Positions 21,405 to 32,037 of a DNA stretch of 64,000 nucleotides are shown piece after piece; the stretch's first letter is position 1, and each line of letters opens with the position of its first letter. A model generated the notes under the pieces. That model ran no database searches. It was not told the origin of the DNA and saw nothing but the letters and a program-made list of their open reading frames with translations. The stretch covers positions 19,821 through 83,820 of the forward strand of contig JAEWDP010000075.1 in the NCBI GenBank assembly GCA_023390055.1, in the 5' to 3' direction. Source of the DNA: Pseudomonadota bacterium (GTDB lineage Bacteria; Pseudomonadota; Alphaproteobacteria; Rhizobiales; Rhizobiaceae). Both the position numbers and the translations under genes were made by a program.

Positions 21405-22670
21405 TCAGGTGTTCATTGAATCGAAGAAGTCGCCATTGTTCTTCGTCTGTTTCAGCTTGTCGATCAGAAATTCGATCGCATCCGTTGTACCCATAGGGGC
21501 AAGGATACGTCGCAGAACAAAGATCTTCTGGAGATCCTGTCGAGGGACAAGGAGATCTTCCTTGCGCGTACCGGACTTCAAAATGTCCATCGATGGGAAT
21601 ATCCGCTTGTCGGCAACCTTCCGGTCTAGAACAATTTCGGAGTTGCCCGTACCCTTGAATTCTTCAAAAATCACTTCATCCATGCGACTGCCGGTATCGA
21701 TCAGCGCTGTGGCAATGATAGTGAGTGATCCACCCTCTTCAATATTGCGGGCAGCACCGAAGAAGCGCTTGGGTCGTTGCAATGCATTGGCATCGACGCC
21801 GCCTGTGAGAACTTTCCCCGAAGACGGTACGACAGTATTGTAGGCTCGGCCGAGACGGGTGATGGAATCGAGAAGAATGACCACATCGCGCCCGTGTTCA
21901 ACCAAGCGCTTTGCCTTTTCTATAACCATCTCCGCGACCTGGACGTGACGCACAGCCGGTTCGTCAAAGGTCGAAGAGACCACCTCCCCGCGCACCGATC
22001 GTTGCATATCGGTGACTTCTTCCGGGCGTTCATCAATCAGAAGAACGATCAGGTAGCATTCCGGATGATTGGCCGTTATCGAGTGTGCAATATTCTGTAG
22101 CAATACAGTCTTACCGGTCCGCGGCGGCGCAACGATCAAGCCACGCTGGCCCTTTCCTAGTGGTGCAACGAGATCAATAACGCGTGCAGACAGATCCTTG
22201 GACGTCGGTATGTCCAATTCCATCTTAAAGCGCTCATTAGGATAGAGCGGAGTCAGATTGTCAAAATGAACCTTGTGACGAATTTTCTCAGGATCGTCAA
22301 AATTGATCGTGTTGACCTTCAGAAGCGCAAAGTAGCGTTCACCTTCCTTAGGACCCCGGATGGGGCCCTCGACTGTGTCGCCTGTTTTAAGCGAAAATCT
22401 TCGGATCTGAGACGGTGATATGTAAATATCATCCGGACCAGGAAGATAGTTTGCGTTGGCAGAACGCAGGAAACCGAAGCCATCCTGCAAAACTTCCACA
22501 ACCCCTTCTCCAATGATCTCGACGTCCTGGCTGGCCAATACCTTTAGGATCGCGAACATCAGTTCTTGCTTGCGCATTGTACTGGCGTTCTCGACCTCAA
22601 GCGATTCGGAGAATGTCAACAAATCCGTCGGAGATTTGCTCTTAAGTTCTTGAAGCTTCATTTCAGCCAT
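21405..22670 (-). CDS. rho: transcription termination factor Rho
   Basis: 421 aa with Walker [13 protein letters not shown] and an N-terminal RNA-binding domain (GFGFLR). Confidence 0.97.
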   Translation of the reverse strand: MAEMKLQELKSKSPTDLLTFSESLEVENASTMRKQELMFAILKVLASQDVEIIGEGVVEVLQDGFGFLRSANANYLPGPDDIYISPSQIRRFSLKTGDTVEGPIRGPKEGERYFALLKVNTINFDDPEKIRHKVHFDNLTPLYPNERFKMELDIPTSKDLSARVIDLVAPLGKGQRGLIVAPPRTGKTVLLQNIAHSITANHPECYLIVLLIDERPEEVTDMQRSVRGEVVSSTFDEPAVRHVQVAEMVIEKAKRLVEHGRDVVILLDSITRLGRAYNTVVPSSGKVLTGGVDANALQRPKRFFGAARNIEEGGSLTIIATALIDTGSRMDEVIFEEFKGTGNSEIVLDRKVADKRIFPSMDILKSGTRKEDLLVPRQDLQKIFVLRRILAPMGTTDAIEFLIDKLKQTKNNGDFFDSMNT

Positions 22671-22853
22671 GAAGGGACCACGTTAGATATAGAAAAGGGG
22701 AAGGGGCGTGCCGGTGAAATTCTCGCCGCGGATTATACCGGGGAGGAAAATGAATTACAGGCATGCCACGAGAAGAGATGATGACGAAAATAGCGAGTCA
22801 TGTTCTCGCCCGCAAGTGGCTACGTGTAAATTAGTTGAGAAACCTGATTACCT

Positions 22854-23399
22854 TCAAAACGGCTTGACGATTACCAGGACCACAATGGCTATCATCAACA
22901 ATGTGGGTACCTCATTCATCATCCGCCAATGGCCAGCTGACTTGCGAGGCCTGTCAGTGGCAAAATCGCGGACGGCTCGACTGAACACAAGGTGAACCAC
23001 CGTCATCATGACCACGAGGGCGATCTTTGTGTGAAGCCAACCACCTCGGAATCCGTAGATATCCCATGCAAGATAAAGACCAAGGAGCCAGGTGATCACC
23101 ATGGCAGGGTTCATGATGACTTTTAGCAGTCGCTGCTCCATCACTTTGAAGGTCTGCGACTGTACCGTCCCCAGCTCCGCGTCGGTGTGATAGATGAATA
23201 ACCTCGGCAAATAGAGCAATCCAGCCATCCAGGAGATCACGGCCACTACATGAAGGGCCTTGATCCAGAGGACAAAATCTTCTGGTTGACCAAAGTACAA
23301 TCCCACAATCAGAAGAACAACGGTCGTCAATGCGAGAGCTGCTTTTACCCTTGCCTTTCTTCCAGCGGGTTCTGAAACCTGCTGTTCATGGCGGTTCAT
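22854..23399 (-). CDS. hemJ: protoporphyrinogen oxidase HemJ (UPF0093/CopD-like membrane protein)
   Basis: 181 aa with several hydrophobic segments. The motif [24 protein letters not shown] is typical of HemJ. It overlaps the hemE stop by 4 nt (ATGA). Confidence 0.72.
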   Translation of the reverse strand: MNRHEQQVSEPAGRKARVKAALALTTVVLLIVGLYFGQPEDFVLWIKALHVVAVISWMAGLLYLPRLFIYHTDAELGTVQSQTFKVMEQRLLKVIMNPAMVITWLLGLYLAWDIYGFRGGWLHTKIALVVMMTVVHLVFSRAVRDFATDRPRKSAGHWRMMNEVPTLLMIAIVVLVIVKPF

Positions 23400-24430
23400 T
23401 CTCTTATCCCTCTGACATGCTGAACCAACTCAGTTACAGTGGAAGGATCAGCATTCGGGGTTATTCCATGGCCGAGATTAAAAATTAAGGGGCCACCGCC
23501 AAGCGCCTGCAGGATCGCGTCCACACCGTCCTTGAGTGCCTGACCGCCAGCAACGACCTTCATTGGGTCGAGATTTCCCTGCACGGGCCCATCCTTCTGG
23601 AGTTCGCGAGCGAATGATAACGGTACAGACCAGTCGAGGCCGATTGCGTTCGCATCCGTACCTTGACGATATGACTTCAAGTTCATCCCGGCGCCTTTGG
23701 CAAAGGCGATAATCTTGGCATCGGGCCTTTCGGCGCGAACTGCACGTATCATTCGCCTAACCGGTCGAACTGCGTAGGTTTCAAATTCAGCCTCGCCCAA
23801 AACACCTGCCCAGGAATCGAATATCTGCACAGCCTCGGCACCCGCATCTATCTGCGCAATCAGATACTGCGCAGATACATCTGCAAGAAAATCCAGTAGC
23901 TTCTGAAACGCTGCGGGGTGCTGATAGGCAAAGAGCCGGGCAGGTGCTTGATCGGGCGTTCCGCGCCCGGCAATCATATATGTGGCAACAGTCCACGGGG
24001 CCCCACAGAAACCTAAAAGAGTGGTTTCCACCGGGAGCTCCTTGCGAAGGCGGAGAACTGTTTCCATCACGGGTGACAGATGGCGCAAAACTCCCTCAGA
24101 ATTAAGGTTGGAAATGGCGCCAACATCGATCGGATCCATTTGAGGACCTTCACCCTCGACAAAACGCACATTGCGCTCCAAGGCATCAGGAATCACCAGA
24201 ATATCCGAAAAAAGGATAGCTGCGTCAAAACCGAACCGTCGAATTGGCTGAAGAGTTACCTCTACAGCGTAGTCCGGTGTGTAGCAGAGGTTGAGGAAGC
24301 CGCCTGCCTTACTACGTATCTCCCGGTACTCGGGAAGATATCGACCAGCTTGTCTCATAAGCCAGATTGGCGGGGGATTAATCGTTCTTCCGTTTAGTAC
24401 GTCAACGATCTTCCGGGATATGCCGGTCAA
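23396..24430 (-). CDS. hemE: uroporphyrinogen decarboxylase
   Basis: 344 aa with signature [19 protein letters not shown] start at 24430 with AGGAG 7 nt upstream. Confidence 0.95.
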   Translation of the reverse strand: MTGISRKIVDVLNGRTINPPPIWLMRQAGRYLPEYREIRSKAGGFLNLCYTPDYAVEVTLQPIRRFGFDAAILFSDILVIPDALERNVRFVEGEGPQMDPIDVGAISNLNSEGVLRHLSPVMETVLRLRKELPVETTLLGFCGAPWTVATYMIAGRGTPDQAPARLFAYQHPAAFQKLLDFLADVSAQYLIAQIDAGAEAVQIFDSWAGVLGEAEFETYAVRPVRRMIRAVRAERPDAKIIAFAKGAGMNLKSYRQGTDANAIGLDWSVPLSFARELQKDGPVQGNLDPMKVVAGGQALKDGVDAILQALGGGPLIFNLGHGITPNADPSTVTELVQHVRGIRE

Positions 24431-24646
24431 GTCGATACTCCTAAATAAAAAATGATATTTAGAAGTCTTTCTATTTCTTAGAGTCGGTGAGTATCAAGGA
24501 TTAAAGACATTCCACAGGAAGCGCGACGATCAGTCACTCATTAGCCCAATCCAGAATAATACCGAGAAAAATTTAGGCATCTCTTTGTATGGGTTTATTT
24601 ATCGTTTTATATCATATACTTATGATATTCAGCAGCATGAATAGTT

Positions 24647-24655
24647 TGTGGATAG
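24647..24655 (-). promoter_or_regulatory. DnaA box-like 9-mer
   Basis: TGTGGATAG versus TGTGGATAA (1 mismatch). Confidence 0.5.
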
Positions 24656-24693
24656 CCTGGTGATGGTCCATCATCAATCGGCTGGACCCATGC

Positions 24694-24702
24694 TTGTCCA
24701 CA
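24694..24702 (+). promoter_or_regulatory. DnaA box-like 9-mer
   Basis: TTGTCCACA versus TTATCCACA (1 mismatch). Confidence 0.5.
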
Positions 24703-24735
24703 GGTCACTGCAAAAGCTTTCCAGAATTTATCAAA

Positions 24736-24744
24736 TGTGGAAAA
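24736..24744 (-). promoter_or_regulatory. DnaA box-like 9-mer
   Basis: TGTGGAAAA versus TGTGGATAA (1 mismatch). Confidence 0.45.
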
Positions 24745-24752
24745 GTCTGAGT

Positions 24753-24761
24753 TTATCCAGA
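24753..24761 (+). promoter_or_regulatory. DnaA box-like 9-mer
   Basis: TTATCCAGA versus TTATCCACA (1 mismatch). Confidence 0.5.
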
Positions 24762-24789
24762 CCCCCGTAAGGGCGGCAGTCGAAAGCGC

Positions 24790-25650
24790 ATGGTTTTCCC
24801 AAGTTATCAACAAAGGGTAAATTACAACGTGGAGAACCGTAAAAACTTCTTTCATCTTCATCTGATTTCTGACTCAACCGGCGAAACTCTTATATCCGCG
24901 GGTCGAGCGGTCTCGGCACAATTTCAGGCCTATGCTCCAATTGAACACATCTATCCGCTGGTTCGGAACCGAAACCAGTTGCTCTCCGTACTCGGATCCA
25001 TCGATTCCAAGCCAGGTATTGTTCTTTACACGATAGTGGACCCGGGACTTGCGGAACTCCTTGACCGTCGTTGCCGTGATCTCGGAATCCCTTGTGTGAA
25101 TGTTCTTGAACCTGTGATGGTGACCTTTCAGACATATCTCGGCTCGCCATCGCGTCGCAGGGTAGGTGCTCAACATGCGCTTGATGCGGACTACTTCGCG
25201 CGGATTGAAGCACTCAACTTCACCATGGATCATGATGATGGACAATTGCCGGAAGACTACGATCAGGCGGATGTTGTTCTCGTCGGGATCAGCCGTACCT
25301 CCAAAACACCCACAAGCATCTATCTCGCAAATCGTGGTATCAGAGCTGCAAATCTGCCGATCGTCGTTGGTAGCGAACTTCCTGAAAGTCTCCTGAAGGC
25401 GACGCACCCGCTCATTGTTGGTCTTGTTGCGACGACCGATAGAATATCACAGGTCAGGCTGCATCGCGACCTGGGTCATACCCATGGATTTGACAACAGC
25501 GATTACACCGATCGAGCAACCATTCAGGAGGAGCTCAAATATGCTCGCAGCCTCTGCTCGCTTCATGGATGGCCAGTTATAGATGTCACGAGGCGATCAA
25601 TCGAGGAGACGGTTGCAGCAATTGTTGCGCTGCGACCCCGGCTACGGTAA
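24790..25650 (+). CDS. pyruvate,phosphate dikinase / PEP synthase regulatory protein (DUF299, bifunctional kinase-pyrophosphorylase)
   Basis: N-terminal [14 protein letters not shown] and P-loop [15 protein letters not shown]. The start is ambiguous: ATG 24790 (track) or the in-frame GTG 24829, which would give the usual short N-terminus before FHLHL. Confidence 0.85.
   Translation: MVFPSYQQRVNYNVENRKNFFHLHLISDSTGETLISAGRAVSAQFQAYAPIEHIYPLVRNRNQLLSVLGSIDSKPGIVLYTIVDPGLAELLDRRCRDLGIPCVNVLEPVMVTFQTYLGSPSRRRVGAQHALDADYFARIEALNFTMDHDDGQLPEDYDQADVVLVGISRTSKTPTSIYLANRGIRAANLPIVVGSELPESLLKATHPLIVGLVATTDRISQVRLHRDLGHTHGFDNSDYTDRATIQEELKYARSLCSLHGWPVIDVTRRSIEETVAAIVALRPRLR
24804..24812 (+). promoter_or_regulatory. 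DnaA box-like 9-mer
   Basis: TTATCAACA versus TTATCCACA (1 mismatch). It is non-coding only if the downstream gene starts at GTG 24829. Confidence 0.4.
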
Positions 25651-25686
25651 TCCGGGCCGGTATATCTTGCGGGGGAATATAAGCCG

Positions 25687-26283
25687 TTGACTTCACTCAT
25701 TCTTGCCTCATCCAGCCCTTTTCGCCGTAAACTGCTTGAGAACGCCGGCTTGTCTTTCGAAGTTCATCCAGCCGAGCTGGACGAGCGAGCCATTGAGGCT
25801 TCACTTGACGAAGAGCAGTCCAGCCCGCAACAAATTTCATTGATGCTTGCCCGAGCCAAGGCGCTCGATGTAAGTCGGCATTTTTCTGCCACGTTGGTGC
25901 TTGGTTCTGACCAGACAATGTCACTGGGGTCCAGAGTTTTTCACAAGCCGAAGAATCTGAATGATGCGAAGCAACATATCAAATCTTTGTCCGGAAGGAC
26001 GCACCGCCTCAACAGTGGGATTGCATTAGCGAGGGACGGCGCCATTATCTGGGATCATGTGGACCATGCAGAACTGACAGTTAGGTCGTTAAACGAGGAA
26101 TTTATCGATCGGTATATTGATCAATGTGGGGATAAGCTTCTCGGCAGCGTTGGGGCCTATCAGCTGGAAGCTGAAGGTATCCAGCTCTTCAGCAAAATAG
26201 TCGGTGACTACTTTACCATTTTAGGGCTCCCCATGCTGCCTCTTTTGAAAAAGCTGCGGGAGGTTGGAGCCATTGATGGGTGA
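25687..26283 (+). CDS. maf: Maf-like nucleoside triphosphate pyrophosphatase
   Basis: 198 aa with N-terminal [19 protein letters not shown] typical of Maf. TTG start. Confidence 0.88.
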   Translation: MTSLILASSSPFRRKLLENAGLSFEVHPAELDERAIEASLDEEQSSPQQISLMLARAKALDVSRHFSATLVLGSDQTMSLGSRVFHKPKNLNDAKQHIKSLSGRTHRLNSGIALARDGAIIWDHVDHAELTVRSLNEEFIDRYIDQCGDKLLGSVGAYQLEAEGIQLFSKIVGDYFTILGLPMLPLLKKLREVGAIDG

Positions 26284-27133
26284 TTCACGTGAAACAGTAG
26301 TCAAGGCTTTTGTAACTGGATGGCCCGTGAAGCATTCACGCTCGCCGCTGATCCACAACTACTGGTTACGACAGTTCGGCCTTTCTGGAGAGTATCATCC
26401 CGAGGCAGTAAAAGTCGGTGATTTCACCGATTTCATTACTCGGATGAAATCCGGAGGATCTGCTTATGTTGGCGGCAATGTCACCATCCCCCACAAGGAG
26501 GCAGCCTGCATCCTTGCTGATAGAGGTGATGTCCTTGTCCAGGAACTGGGCGCGGCCAACACTCTTTGGCTGGAAGACGGTCGTATCTGCGCGACGAATA
26601 CCGATGTTCACGGATTTGCGGCCAATCTTGATGAACAACACCAGGACTGGGACAAGATCTCCCGGGCAGTGGTACTGGGAGCGGGGGGAGCTAGCCGTGC
26701 GGTAATTTGTGCTTTGCGTGAACGGGGCATTGCTGAGATCAATGTCTTGAACCGAACTCTGTCGAGAGCTCACGAACTTGCTGACCGTTTTGGAAAGACT
26801 GTTTATGCTCATCCACTGGAAGCCCTATCCGAAACACTGCAAGGGGCGGAACTGTTTGTAAACACGACGTCTCTCGGCATGGACGGCGAAGAGGCACCGG
26901 AAATTGATTTCTCCGCAATGAGCTCGGACGCCGTCGTGACCGATATCGTGTATGTACCATTGAGGACCCCCATACTAAAGCGGGCCGAAGAACAGGGACT
27001 GGTAACGGTCGATGGCCTGGGCATGCTCTTGCATCAAGCAGTTCCCGGTTTTGAGAAGTGGTTTGGAGTGCGCCCAGTGGTGGAAAAGAGCCTGCGTACA
27101 TTGGTCATAGACGACATGGAACAGCAACGATGA
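26276..27133 (+). CDS. aroE: shikimate dehydrogenase
   Basis: [13 protein letters not shown] motif and Rossmann [15 protein letters not shown] 26276 (GGAG 6 nt upstream) is preferred over TTG 26264. It overlaps the maf stop. Confidence 0.9.
   Translation: MGDSRETVVKAFVTGWPVKHSRSPLIHNYWLRQFGLSGEYHPEAVKVGDFTDFITRMKSGGSAYVGGNVTIPHKEAACILADRGDVLVQELGAANTLWLEDGRICATNTDVHGFAANLDEQHQDWDKISRAVVLGAGGASRAVICALRERGIAEINVLNRTLSRAHELADRFGKTVYAHPLEALSETLQGAELFVNTTSLGMDGEEAPEIDFSAMSSDAVVTDIVYVPLRTPILKRAEEQGLVTVDGLGMLLHQAVPGFEKWFGVRPVVEKSLRTLVIDDMEQQR
26281..26296. other. parS-like site (15/16) spanning the maf stop codon and aroE codons 2-7
   Basis: TGATTCACGTGAAACA. The first three bases are the maf TGA stop. 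Confidence 0.7.
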
Positions 27134-27738
27134 TCGTTGTTGGCCTTACTGGCTCCATTGGCATGGGCAAGTCCACGACGGCACAAATGTTCGCTGATGC
27201 CGGCATCCCGGTAAGCAATTCTGATGCCGTGGTTCACGATCTATATCGTTCGGAAGCAGTTGAACCGATCCGCAAGGTATTTCCGGGATCAATTAAAAAT
27301 GGTGTAGTGGACCGATCAGAATTAGCGCGTATTCTTACGGAGAATCCGGCTAAGTTCCAGGATCTGGAGGCTATAGTTCATCCGCTTGTCCGAAGAAGAG
27401 AAGACAGATTTCGCAAGATTCATGAAGCCAATGGAGTGGATATCGTCGTCCTGGATATCCCGTTACTTTTTGAAACGCATGCGGACGAACGGGTCGATGT
27501 TGTAGTCGTGGTGACATGTAATCCTGACGTTCAATGGGAACGGGTACTTGCTCGCCCTGGCATGACCCCGAAAAAACTTGAAGCAATCCTTGCGCGGCAG
27601 CTTCCCGACGCACAGAAACGCGAAAGAGCTGATTTTGTAATAGACACAGGCCACGGGATGGACGTCGCTCGCCAGCGTGTTCACGATGTAATTTTAATGC
27701 TGCGAGCGGGAAGACCAAGTGGAGCGAATGATGCGTGA
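27130..27738 (+). CDS. coaE: dephospho-CoA kinase
   Basis: P-loop [12 protein letters not shown] right at the N-terminus when started at ATG 27130 (ATGA overlap with the aroE stop). The longer track ORF from 27058 overlaps aroE. Confidence 0.92.
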   Translation: MIVVGLTGSIGMGKSTTAQMFADAGIPVSNSDAVVHDLYRSEAVEPIRKVFPGSIKNGVVDRSELARILTENPAKFQDLEAIVHPLVRRREDRFRKIHEANGVDIVVLDIPLLFETHADERVDVVVVVTCNPDVQWERVLARPGMTPKKLEAILARQLPDAQKRERADFVIDTGHGMDVARQRVHDVILMLRAGRPSGANDA

Positions 27739-28441
27739 GATCATATTCGATACGGAAACGACGGGTCTGGAAACAAAGCTAGATCGCATCATAGAAATCG
27801 GCGGCGTCGAACTTATAAATAATTTTCCGACGGGCCGGGTGCTGCATCTCTATATCAACCCCGGCGATCGAAAAATACATCCAGATGCGCTGGCGGTGCA
27901 TGGTATTACGGAGGACTTCCTGAAGGACAAACTGAGCTTTGCGGAAGTTGCAACTGAGATTGTCGATTTCTTTAGTGGTGCCAAGTGGATCGCGCACAAT
28001 GCGAACTTTGACATAGGCTTTATCAATGCAGAGTTTGAACGATTGGGCCTGCCGCTGGTTTCGATGGAATACGTTGTCGATACTTTGGCTCTGGCACGTC
28101 GGAAGCATCCAATGGGACCAAACTCCTTGGACGCGCTTTGCCGACGCTATGGAATAGACAATACACATCGCACCAAGCATGGCGCTCTTCTCGACGCGGA
28201 ACTTTTGGCGGAAGTCTATATCGAGATAACAGGCGGTCGCCAGGCTGCCCTCGGCCTTGTGGATACTGACGCTTCACATGCTATTGTAGAAATCGAAGAA
28301 CATGTTGTGAGTACCGCGCGGCGTCCGCAAGCGCTTCCACCACGGATTACCGAGGTAGAGATAGAGGCTCATCGCAAGATGATCGCGTCTTTGGGAGATA
28401 GAGCAGTCTGGGCCCACTACAACGCGAAAAGCCCGGACTAA
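27731..28441 (+). CDS. dnaQ: DNA polymerase III subunit epsilon (3'-5' proofreading exonuclease)
   Basis: Exo motifs FDTETTGL, HNANFDIGF and HGALLDAELLAEVY. ATG 27731 has GGAG 6 nt upstream, and 27719/27728 are alternative starts. Confidence 0.93.
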   Translation: MREIIFDTETTGLETKLDRIIEIGGVELINNFPTGRVLHLYINPGDRKIHPDALAVHGITEDFLKDKLSFAEVATEIVDFFSGAKWIAHNANFDIGFINAEFERLGLPLVSMEYVVDTLALARRKHPMGPNSLDALCRRYGIDNTHRTKHGALLDAELLAEVYIEITGGRQAALGLVDTDASHAIVEIEEHVVSTARRPQALPPRITEVEIEAHRKMIASLGDRAVWAHYNAKSPD

Positions 28442-28453
28442 GCCGGGCTTCTT
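28427..28453. terminator. bidirectional terminator hairpin between dnaQ and secB
   Basis: AAAGCCCGG-ACTAAG-CCGGGCTTT, with a T-rich run on both strands. The dnaQ stop codon lies in the loop. Confidence 0.7.
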
Positions 28454-28476
28454 GGTTCTCGTGAACACGAATAGTC

Positions 28477-28956
28477 TTAGCTGTTGAGTGTCTGAACCTT
28501 GGCCTTGGCCTGCTCTTGAGCCATTCTCTGTGTGAACATCTGGGCAAAGTCAATCGGATCAATCATTAATGGCGGAAAGCCGCCGTTACGGGTCACGTCA
28601 GCTATGATCTGCCTTGCGAACGGGAAAAGTAGCCGGGGGCACTCTATGAAGAGAACAGGAAGCATGTGTTCTTGAGGGAAACCCGTGACGCGGAAGATGC
28701 CGCCATAGACGAGTTCCGCTGCGAAAACGACCTTTTCTCCGTCTTTTGCTTCGACGTTAAGCGTTAAAACTACGTCGTAATCCGTCTCGGAAAGCGGATT
28801 TGTATTCACATTCACGTTGATATTGATTGCCGGAGCTTTGTCTCGAGACTGCAAAGAACGAGGAGCGCCCGGATTTTCGAAGGAAAGATCTTTTGTATAT
28901 TGGGCGAGAATGTTGAGCGATGGGCTCTGCTTGCCCTGTTCGTTTTCGTTGGCCAT
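28477..28956 (-). CDS. secB: protein-export chaperone SecB
   Basis: 159 aa with [15 protein letters not shown] and [27 protein letters not shown], both typical of SecB. Confidence 0.93.
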   Translation of the reverse strand: MANENEQGKQSPSLNILAQYTKDLSFENPGAPRSLQSRDKAPAININVNVNTNPLSETDYDVVLTLNVEAKDGEKVVFAAELVYGGIFRVTGFPQEHMLPVLFIECPRLLFPFARQIIADVTRNGGFPPLMIDPIDFAQMFTQRMAQEQAKAKVQTLNS

Positions 28957-29043
28957 GCTTGATCCTCAAGGCTTTGATTGGGTTAGGCCGTCTAACATTT
29001 CACCGAAAGCCTTACAACCCTAGGCGCTTTCTACAGGCGCAAG

Positions 29044-29556
29044 CTAATCATCTCTAATTTGGTGGCCAGACCAGGGCGATGATAGATTGGGCTCGCGGCG
29101 GAAGTCTTCGTCATCGAGGTCAACCACCGGTCCATCAGATCCGGCTCCATGGCGTTCAAAACCGTTGCTTCGGCTATAAGATGACTGCGTGTTGATGATG
29201 ACCATCCGTCGCCCTATCGCCTGCCAAAGGAGGCCTCTGACAAAGGGGATAAAAAGTGCAATCCCAATTACATCGCTCACGAAGCCTGGGATCAGAAGAA
29301 GCAGTGCGGCAACAACGATCATCGCGCCCTGGATAATGGTATTTCCGGGAACACGTCCTTCTCGGCCTTCCTGTGAGAGGCGTTTGAGCATTTGCAGTCC
29401 CTGGAGCCGCAATAGAAGCAAGCCCAACAGGCCACTCAATAGAACGAGCCCCAACGTGGCCCATACGCCAACCAACTGGCCGACAATCACAAAGCCGGCA
29501 ATTTCTGCCAAGGGTAGAATTAAGAAGAGAAGTGCTATCCAGGATACTCTCATCAT
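29044..29556 (-). CDS. fxsA: FxsA family membrane protein
   Basis: Hydrophobic N-terminal half (LLFLILPLAEIAGFVIVG...) with the FxsA-like LLLLIPGFVSDVIGIALFIP motif. Started at the internal ATG pair 29556/29553 rather than 29610. Confidence 0.78.
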   Translation of the reverse strand: MMRVSWIALLFLILPLAEIAGFVIVGQLVGVWATLGLVLLSGLLGLLLLRLQGLQMLKRLSQEGREGRVPGNTIIQGAMIVVAALLLLIPGFVSDVIGIALFIPFVRGLLWQAIGRRMVIINTQSSYSRSNGFERHGAGSDGPVVDLDDEDFRREPNLSSPWSGHQIRDD

Positions 29557-29663
29557 GTTTCCGATGTGTGGCGGAACGCATTTGCGTTCGCCATTTGAAT
29601 GATCATGCATTGCAGACTATATGAGAACTAGTTCCGAAGATTTAAACGGCATTGCGGGTTGAA

Positions 29664-30359
29664 ATGGGTTCAAACGACTTCATAACTTTGTTTTTTCTTG
29701 TCGCGGCGGTCCTGATATTCCTGCAGTTGCGCAGTGTGCTCGGACGTCGAACGGGTAACGAGAAGCCGCCCTTCGACCCCTACAGCGCACGTGAGGGCTC
29801 TAAAACCCCATCGGGAGATGATGGTAAGGTTGTGACACTTCCACGACGAGAAGTGTCTGAAGAAGACCGATTTGCAGAGATCGATGCCGTTGCTAAGCCG
29901 GGAACCGATTTAAATGATGGTTTGCGTGAACTTCTGAAAGCCGATCCCTCATTCAATCCCCGCGAGTTCTTAAATGGCGCACGCATGGCCTACGAAATGA
30001 TTGTCATGGCCTTTGCGGATGGAGATCGAAAAACTCTGAAAGGTCTTCTGTCAGGAGAGGTTTATAGTGGATTCGACGCCGCGCTTTCTGACAGGGAAGC
30101 CAAAGGGGAGGTCGTCAAGTCAACGTTCGTAGGCATCGAAAAATCTGATATTACGCATGCAAGCTTCAAAGATGGCGAGGAGCAGGTGACCGTTCGTATT
30201 GTCAGCCAGCTTATTTCGGCAACTTATGACAAGGAAGGCGTGGTCATTGACGGGGATCAGGAATCGGTCGCAGAAGTTACTGATATCTGGACCTTCGCAC
30301 GGGAAGCCAGATCTCGCGACCCGAACTGGAAGCTCGTAGCCACTGAATCCGAGCAATGA
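29664..30359 (+). CDS. Tim44-like domain protein
   Basis: N-terminal TM segment followed by a C-terminal Tim44-like domain (FNPREFLNGARMAYEMIVMAFADGD...WTFAR...DPNWKLV). ATG 29664 preferred over TTG 29652. Confidence 0.78.
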   Translation: MGSNDFITLFFLVAAVLIFLQLRSVLGRRTGNEKPPFDPYSAREGSKTPSGDDGKVVTLPRREVSEEDRFAEIDAVAKPGTDLNDGLRELLKADPSFNPREFLNGARMAYEMIVMAFADGDRKTLKGLLSGEVYSGFDAALSDREAKGEVVKSTFVGIEKSDITHASFKDGEEQVTVRIVSQLISATYDKEGVVIDGDQESVAEVTDIWTFAREARSRDPNWKLVATESEQ

Positions 30360-31477
30360 GTACTGGCTCGCCGGGTTTTATTCTGCGGCGGGTCGATTTT
30401 TGCGATCTCCCGGGCTGGACGGAGGATGATCCCAGAACCCTCTTTGAAGGAATGAGGAACTGTCAGGCTTATGATCAGACGGTAAAATCTTATCGGACCG
30501 GATCTCTCGGGCTGGCGTATGAGGATATGCGGCCCGTATGTGACGCCTTGCCACCGGAAGGGATAGATGATCCCGTTGCTGCACGGAGTTTTTTTGAACG
30601 CCAGTTCCGACCATTTCGGATTTGTCGGAAAGATGGAAAATCCGGGTTTGTGACCGCATTTTATGAACCTGAGGTAGAAGTTTCCAGCGTACCTTCAGCC
30701 ATCTGGGCATACCCGTTTTACCATCGGCCTCCTGATCTGGTCAGTCTTGATGTTAGTAATCGCCCAACCGGCATGGACCCCACGTGTGTATTCGGCCGGT
30801 TGCAGCATGGGGACATCACTGAATATCCAGATCGTCGGATCATTGATTGTGGGTATCTTCAGGGTAAAGGTCTGGAAATTGCTTGGGCCAAGTCGAAGGT
30901 GGAGGTCTTTTTTGCTCACGTTCAGGGTGCTGCACGGTTAAGGTTCACAGACGGTAGCGTCAGGCGCATAACGTATGCAGCCAAGTCAGGGCACCTTTTT
31001 TCGGCAATCGGCCGACTATTGATCGATCTCGGAGAAATTGAGGAAGAATCCGTTTCGATGCAGAGCATTCGTGGATGGCTTGAACGCAATCCGGATAGGG
31101 TCGATGAAATCCTGTGGCACAATCGCTCGTATATCTTCTTCCGGGAAGCGGAGGTAAGGGATAGTCGTTTGGGACCGATTGCGGCGGCAAAGGTGCCCCT
31201 TCTGCCAGGACGCTCGCTGGCGATAGATCGGCAGATCCATACTTTTGGTTTTCCATTCTTCATACATTCGCCAACACTTCGACACCTCGACCAAGGACGC
31301 ACATTTGCCCGGACAATGCTGGCACTCGACACCGGTAGTGCCATAATAGGCCCCGCACGTGGCGACATTTTTACGGGCTCCGGAGATACTGCCGGCGTGC
31401 TGGCTGGTGCAGTGCGAAACGATGCAGATTTTTACGTCTTTGTCCCGGCGGCTGCTGCGACAAGGTTTGAACGATGA
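30356..31477 (+). CDS. mltA: murein transglycosylase A (MltA family)
   Basis: 373 aa with an MltA-type domain followed by a 3D domain (ALDTGSAIIGPARGDIFTGSG). ATGA overlap with the upstream gene. Confidence 0.85.
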   Translation: MSTGSPGFILRRVDFCDLPGWTEDDPRTLFEGMRNCQAYDQTVKSYRTGSLGLAYEDMRPVCDALPPEGIDDPVAARSFFERQFRPFRICRKDGKSGFVTAFYEPEVEVSSVPSAIWAYPFYHRPPDLVSLDVSNRPTGMDPTCVFGRLQHGDITEYPDRRIIDCGYLQGKGLEIAWAKSKVEVFFAHVQGAARLRFTDGSVRRITYAAKSGHLFSAIGRLLIDLGEIEEESVSMQSIRGWLERNPDRVDEILWHNRSYIFFREAEVRDSRLGPIAAAKVPLLPGRSLAIDRQIHTFGFPFFIHSPTLRHLDQGRTFARTMLALDTGSAIIGPARGDIFTGSGDTAGVLAGAVRNDADFYVFVPAAAATRFER

Positions 31478-32037
31478 CGGGTGGCCGAAAACTCAGGGCA
31501 GAAGAACGGATCCTTTGGGGGAAGGTAGCATCTTCCACACGTGCGCTCCCGGGGCGAGCGGAAGACGCTCGCGCCTACGAACAGGATATCGCAGCCATGC
31601 TGGAAGCGGAGGAGGCTGGGTACAGAGGTTCCAAACAACGACAAGATCTAATTTACCGCGAACAGGTGCCAGCAAAAACGAAACATTCCTCGGGTTCTCA
31701 CCAACCGCTTGAGAAACCGGTTCAGCGCAAAATTGCCAAGGGTCGTGTGCCGATAGAGGCACGGATTGACCTTCATGGCCTATTCCAGGACGAGGCGCAC
31801 GATCTTCTGTTGGACTTCCTCGTGCGTGCTCATGGTCGAGGCATGCGACATGTCCTGGTTATTACCGGAAAGGGTAGTTCTATGGGGAGTGAGGGTGTGT
31901 TGAGACGGGCCGTACCATTGTGGTTTTCGACATCCGAGTTCAGGTTTTTGATATCTTCCTACCATTGGGCCGCACGTCATCACGGAGGGGAGGGTGCGCT
32001 CTATGTTCGTCTTAGCCGAACACGGGCGCAGCCATGA
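31474..32037 (+). CDS. Smr/MutS2-type small nuclease domain protein
   Basis: C-terminal Smr domain with IDLHGLFQDEAH...VLVITGKG. ATGA overlap with mltA. Confidence 0.8.
   Translation: MTGGRKLRAEERILWGKVASSTRALPGRAEDARAYEQDIAAMLEAEEAGYRGSKQRQDLIYREQVPAKTKHSSGSHQPLEKPVQRKIAKGRVPIEARIDLHGLFQDEAHDLLLDFLVRAHGRGMRHVLVITGKGSSMGSEGVLRRAVPLWFSTSEFRFLISSYHWAARHHGGEGALYVRLSRTRAQP

Larger units (their letters stand above)
24431..24828. other. candidate chromosomal replication origin (oriC), hemE-proximal type
   Basis: This is the only long AT-rich non-coding stretch in the window. It holds five 9-mers within 1 mismatch of the DnaA box TTATCCACA in 166 bp (24647-24812), with AT-rich tracts at about 24445-24480 and 24556-24640. 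Flanking genes diverge from it: the 8 genes to the left are on the minus strand and the 5 genes to the right are on the plus strand. Origins next to hemE are established for Caulobacter, Rickettsia and Sinorhizobium. Confidence 0.6.

Noticed and set aside
24607-24861. 84-aa minus-strand ORF inside the hemE-proximal spacer.
   Set aside because: It covers the DnaA-box cluster of the candidate oriC, has no ribosome-binding site, and its amino-acid composition simply reflects the AT-rich DNA.
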